From assembly GCA_016748015.1 (NCBI GenBank), contig JAAOMT010000148.1, positions 1 through 24,832 of the forward strand: a DNA stretch of 24,832 nt, in the 5' to 3' direction. The notes below the pieces were generated by a model. The model did no database searches. It had not been told where the DNA came from and worked only from the letters and a program-made list of their open reading frames with translations. Shown in pieces: positions 19,155 to 24,832 of this stretch (within the stretch, counting starts at the first letter, position 1; every line of letters begins with the position of its first letter). This DNA comes from Geosiphon pyriformis uo1. Its lineage: Eukaryota; Fungi; Glomeromycota. A program made the translations under genes and the position numbers.

Positions 19155-22080
19155 TAGAGTTCTGATGTTTAGTCTGGTTTGATTTAAATTCAATTGAACC
19201 ACCAAATTAAATCAAACTTGAATAGAAAATTTGGCAAATTTTAAACTCAAACTTAAACCAGACTTAAAATTACCAAACTTAAACTATATCTGAATACATA
19301 TAATAAGTTTGGTTTAAGTTTAGTTTAAAGTTCATAAATATGTTTAGATTCAACTATTAAAAACATTATATTATACTATATTATTATTTAATTTTTTTTT
19401 CAATAATTCTTGTATTTATAATTAAAAACACTATACTGTTCTTATAGTTTAAGCACTAAGCAAAACCTTATATCTGTAATTATATTTTTACTTGCAAAAA
19501 AAACATGTTCAAAAGCAATAAATAATTTTTGAATTGCCAAATAATTATAAATCATATATACAAGACAAAAAAATTATGTTTAATGTATTTAAATATCAAA
19601 TTATAAATAAAATGTTAATTTAGATAAATATTTTTTGTAATATATCTTTCATCATGCTATTACATTTATTTTCTTATTGGCCATTTTTTTAGAGATATAA
19701 TGATTAATTTTGTCAAGTTTTTTTTTTTATTATTATCAAAGTCTGTCTTTAATATAAATTATGTAATTTATACTATAGTAATATTAAAATTGTCATTCAA
19801 CAAAAAGCTGTTATTTGATGTTGGTATAATGTCTAGTGTATACTCTGTTTCAAAGAGAGTATATATTCTAAAAGTTTATTTATTATGTAAAAGTTAGAAA
19901 ATAAAACTGTTTAAATAAATTAATAACTTACAATTTTTTTGTTTTATTAATATTGTCATTCGAAATTTTTTTTTTTGCGAAATAATAAAATTTTTTTCTT
20001 GAATTTAATGCAATGCCAAGTATTACAATTGTATTTGTTTTAAAGTAATATTTAACCAACTTTTTTCTTGCTGCTTTAGCTATTACAATAAGTAATAGAT
20101 CTAATATTAAATAAATACAATTGAGATTATAATGTTTTATTAAATTTATTATTATTAACTATGTCTTTGACATAATTAAGAATAATATTAAAGAGAAAAA
20201 TAATTAAGAAGACAGTTTTATTTAAACTGGCTAATATTTTGACCATAATATTCTTAAATAGTTTAAGAAATTTAGCAATTTTATTGAAAACAGCCCACTG
20301 ATTGTGTGAAATAGCATATTAATAGAAGTTAATGTAAGTGCTAATAAGAATATTTAATGCTTATAAATTTGCAATTAGAATTTTTGTATTCAAAATATAC
20401 AAAATTAGAAATAAATAAGTTGTTAATTTAAAAGATAACTTATTCTTAACCATATTATAAATAAAATTTTACTGAATAAAACAATTCAGAATAGGTTTAT
20501 GATATTTAATTTAATATATATTATAAGTATATTTAAAAAGTTTAAAACATTAAGACAAGGTATGGATTGTAGAATTAAGTTCTCTAATCTTTAATTTATA
20601 CAAAATATATATTAAAAAAATTTCAAATAAATATATTTGGTTTGGATTTTTGACAAATAACTTGGAAAAATTATTTTTTATTATATTTAAGATTATTTGT
20701 ATTATTAAGTTTAAAATATAATTAAAGCATTGAAATCAAAGATTTTCCAAGTTCTATTAAATGTTTTTTTTTCTAATTTTCTCATTAATTCTTTTATAAA
20801 AGTACCATTATTTATAATATTATTGAGAATAATAACAAGAAGTTGTTAAAAAAAACTAGGTTATAATAAATAAAATTAGTAAAAAATTTGTATAAAAAGA
20901 AAGTAAGTGTAACTTTTTTTTAAACTTTTTTTTTAAATTTTTTGGTTGAAAATTTGGTTCAAAACAATAATAAAAACTACTTAAGTTAATATTAAGAAAA
21001 CATGGTTTTTAATAATATAAGCATTGTAATAACTTTAAGTCTTAAATGATACTAATACTGAAAATTTAGCTTTGGAGCAATAATAAAAACCAACTTAGGT
21101 TAATATTAAAAAAACACAATTTTTGATAATATAAGCACTATAATAACTTTGAGTTTTAAATAATATTAATATGTTGCATAATATGCTAATTTTATTATTA
21201 GCTATTGACTAATCCAAATTTATGTAAGAATATATATACATATTTTTAATGTAATTTCATAATTTTTTAATACTTTAAAAAATATGTTTGCAATATTTAT
21301 TCTATTATGTTATTTATTTATTAATCCAAAATCAATTATTGTTTATTGAAAGTTTCAATTGTTATTGATATAATAAGCTATAATAGAAACAAAAACTTTA
21401 TTATTAGAAAATATTTAAAGATTTAATATAAAAAAAATTTTGGACTTAATAGTATCTAAATATGTTTATTATATTATAAGTATAAATAAAAAAAAAGAAA
21501 TATTTCATAATAAAGATAATACTTACTCTTAATTTTTGTCTATTCAAAATATAGAATTCTATGATTTTATTCTTAATTATATCAACATAAACAGATTAAG
21601 AAGTAAGATTCAAATATTGAAATATTTTGATTAATTTAAAGTTTTTTACTATAAAAAATAGTTATTAGTAATTGATAAGCCAAATAGTAATCATGTCATA
21701 AAGTTTTTTATTATTAATGTTATTAGCAGTTACTACAGAAAACTAAAGCAGTTTTCTAGTTAGATTGACCAAAAATTATAAAATAAAATAGCAATCTTAC
21801 TTATTAAAACATCTCTTCAATTAATTCACAATTTTTCTGAACATTTTGCCTTTTTTTATAATATTTTTCTGTTGTAATATATATTGTTTGGTAGAAAACT
21901 TTTAAATAATGCCATAAAAATTTGGTAGTGTCTGTAAATTTACAAAAAAATAGTTTATATACACATTTTAAGACTGTATATTTAACTGTTTTTTTTGTTT
22001 ATTCAAACTTATTAAAATAGTTCTATACTTTACTCTAAAAACTATGTTTATTAAATATATTAATATTTAAACTATTTAAT
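19155..22080 (-). mobile_element. hAT transposon copy 2 (inverted): 3' TIR, subterminal repeats, dimerisation domain; 5' end missing
   Basis: 19553-22079 is the reverse complement of ~16727-19154. 19400-19552(-) reads YLAIQKLFIAFEHVFFAS (from YLAI..SS..SER.FS). The terminus TAGAGTTCTGAT differs from the copy-1 terminus by transitions only. Confidence 0.87.
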
Positions 22081-22084
22081 TATA

Positions 22085-24509
22085 AAAATAGCCACTATTT
22101 TTTATTGTTGATCAAAATATCATTGATTATAAAAAACTTACTAGCAATATTCAAAACATATTATATAGAAGTTTAACTATTTTTAATCCAAATTAAATTA
22201 TTAATAAACATACCAGCTGCAAAAAAAAGAACATTCTACTACTGTTTTTAATTCTGTTAGTTTTTGTCACAAACTTAGTATCAATTCAGTATTTACATAA
22301 TTGTTTATGTCTTTTAATCTTATACAAGAATAGATCATAAAAAATTTTTCAAAGAAGAGATAAGAAAACTTTGCTCTAATTCAATTCATTGCACACTTTA
22401 TAATTACTAGAAAGACCAAAATTAGTCATCACTCTAATGATCTTATTTTTGTGTATACTGCTAAAAAATCTGATAAATTTATCATATATTTTGATTTGTT
22501 ATAAGCTAGTCTTCAAATAATGCTAACTAACCAAGTTATATGTTTTACATATATTCTATAAAACCAACCAAGGTTTTCTATTTTTTTAAGAGTATCTTCA
22601 ATCACTAATTAAACAACAAACACAGAAGACTGAATAGATATACTCTTCAAAACCAAAAAATTATTATCACAGAAAACACCAAATTTATTGTATACAAACA
22701 AAATCCAATTAAATAGAACCTTAGAAAAAAAAATTCTGGTAGTCTTAATTAAAGCAATAGATTAAATATTCCTAAAAACCCAATCCCAATTATAAGGTTT
22801 AGGAACTCTTGAGACCCAAGTTTTTTTTCACAAAACAAGCATATTATTAATAAATAAACATGCATTTAACAAATCCAAAAGACACCCCGTTACCCTATTG
22901 TCACTATGCTTTTAAAGTTTGTTAGAAATGCCAAACAAGCCAGCAGTCTTACTATTAAACAGATTATTAATCACTAAAAGCAATTTTTTTATACTGATTT
23001 CTCTTATTATAACAGAAAAAGTATCATCTTTCATGTAATTTAATAGTACATATTGGCAAGCCCAAAGATTAGGCATTATCATAGATATAGTTTGCTTTTT
23101 TATTTAACTCTTCATAATTATATTGATATTGAACTTTACTTCCTTCAGTTTCAAAACCAAGTTACCATCTATTACTAAATAATTTAGAACTATCTTATAA
23201 AAAAGCTGATTTAAAATGCTTCTAATTATATCATCTTTATTTAAACTAAAATTTTCTATATATTTCTTAATCACCTTCTTGATAGATACTTTTTTAGCTA
23301 TTCTTAACTTATATATTTTGGATCTTTTGTACTTCTTACAAACTAATAACAAATGTTTAATAATATTTATTAACTTTTTACTATTCTGAATTATATGTAC
23401 AATTATGATAGTTTTATTTTTATTCAAAGTTGATTATTTTTTAATGAGACAATTAAATTTAAGCACATTATCTAAGCTTAACTTCTTAACAATTTTGGCA
23501 ATTAACAATTTCAACCCAAAAAACTTAAAAAACTGTCTGTTTTTTAAACATTAAAATTTACTAAACTAATATCTTAAAAATATTTTATCAGTTAACTTTA
23601 TTATTATTTTCTTCAGCAAAATTCACATAGCATCCAAATTACCATGAGTCTAAACATCTGAAAACTTATCTTCTATTACCAAAAGCTTGACAAAAAAGCA
23701 TTTTTTAAATTATATCTATTTTGTACTATTTGTATTTTTAATTTTAAACTTCCAATAATCTTTGTTAGCTTGTTTGTACAAGTCATTTAAACAAACATTT
23801 AAGAGTTCATTCAAACCAATTAACACTAAAACAGTCTTGTAATTAATGTTAAAAAATGTAAATACAGAATCAATTTTATGATCAGCAACTACTAATGATA
23901 AGCTTTCACTAATAAAATGTAATTTAAAACTTTTTCAACACCTTTTAAATTGTTTTAAGTTGAAGCTTTAACTAATGAATGTTTACTAAATAAGTTAACC
24001 AAACCCAAATCCAAACAAAACTTGAAATTTGTACTCTTTCCAAACTTATTTTCATTGAAATTTCCATTTAAAACCACAAAATTGCTGGAGTTAACAGCTT
24101 TAACAATAAGAAAGTTAACTCTTAAAGCTTGATCAAACTTAGTCTTAGCAGAAGCACCAACATATAAACCCAAAATTATAACTGAAAGCTTATTTTTGAA
24201 AAAAAGCCATATTAAAACAATATGACCTGAAACTTTTTCTATTTTGGAAACATATTAAGCCAAAAAATTATTTATAACAATAACTACTCCAATACTGAGA
24301 AAACTTTATTTTATACCAGATGTAAAAATTTGTATCTCTTCAAACTTATTTGTAATTTAAGGCTTGATACTAGATCTTAGTTTTGTTTCTATTATAAAAG
24401 AAATCATGTTATTCAAATTCACATGTTAATAAACAATGTCTTCCTGCTTGGCAAGAATATTAATATTTCTAATATTACAAGTAACAAATTTTCATACCAA
24501 GTTTCTTAT
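22085..24509 (-). pseudogene. LINE ORF2: APE endonuclease + reverse transcriptase, 3' truncated
   Basis: KFVTCNIRNIN and IIETKL (APE start), VVLNGNFNE (from GDFN), LN*SKVFLSLL (from QG..SP.L), AGMFINN at 22197-22217 (from FVDD). Confidence 0.9.
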
Positions 24510-24832
24510 TAAGAAAGAGATTCTTTACATCCAAATTATAATTGTTTATCTTAGTTATTAAGTTTATAACTATAGCTGACAGATTGTTTATATTTTTTTC
24601 CAACTTCAAAATAAATAATTGATCAAAAACCATCACTTTTACAACAGTTCCATCACTAGTAACCATACTTGAATTTTTACTTATCACTATATTTACTTTT
24701 TAATTCTGTGATAAAAGGATTATTAATAGTTAACATTTAAGGTTAGGCTAGAAAACTATTGATCCAAGTGTATCCAATCTCTTAGCTAGTTTATTAATCT
24801 ATTCTATAAGACTAATAAAACTGTATTCAAGA
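24475..24832 (-). pseudogene. C-terminal end of LINE ORF1; continues beyond the window
   Basis: Coiled-coil-like frame (INKLAKRLDTLG...LEKNINNLSAIVINLITKINN) directly upstream of, and overlapping, ORF2. Confidence 0.7.

Noticed and set aside
18791-19897. Paired similar ORFs 18791-18976(-) and 19700-19897(+) as duplicated genes
   Set aside because: Both are antisense to the hAT transposase, and their similarity results from the inverted duplication.

Overview
Eukaryotic, very AT-rich stack of nested transposable elements with no intact host gene. The protein families resemble, from recall and not from a search, those of Glomeromycota fungi (Geosiphon/Ambispora-like). Order on the + strand: (A) the 3' end of a young Ty3/gypsy element, with the integrase C-terminus, an intact 235-aa extra ORF, the PPT and a complete 970-bp 3' LTR. 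A is inserted into (B) an older gypsy pol. (C) is a heavily C>T/G>A-mutated copy of family A, split by a 4.27-kb pogo/Tigger transposon that carries about 2.3 kb of cargo, including a TilS-like PP-loop fragment. An AT desert and a LINE ORF1 pseudogene follow. A second LINE ORF1 is split by a solo LTR, which is itself split by another solo LTR. Two hAT copies then form a large inverted 'half double-Ds'-like structure, and a minus-strand LINE (ORF1 end, APE, RT) closes the window. Best candidate for an undescribed system: a conserved non-env ORF3 that overlaps the PPT/LTR, paired with family-specific palindromic tandem arrays in U3 (a possible transactivator or anti-silencing pair). All analysis was by eye, and boundaries of decayed segments are approximate.
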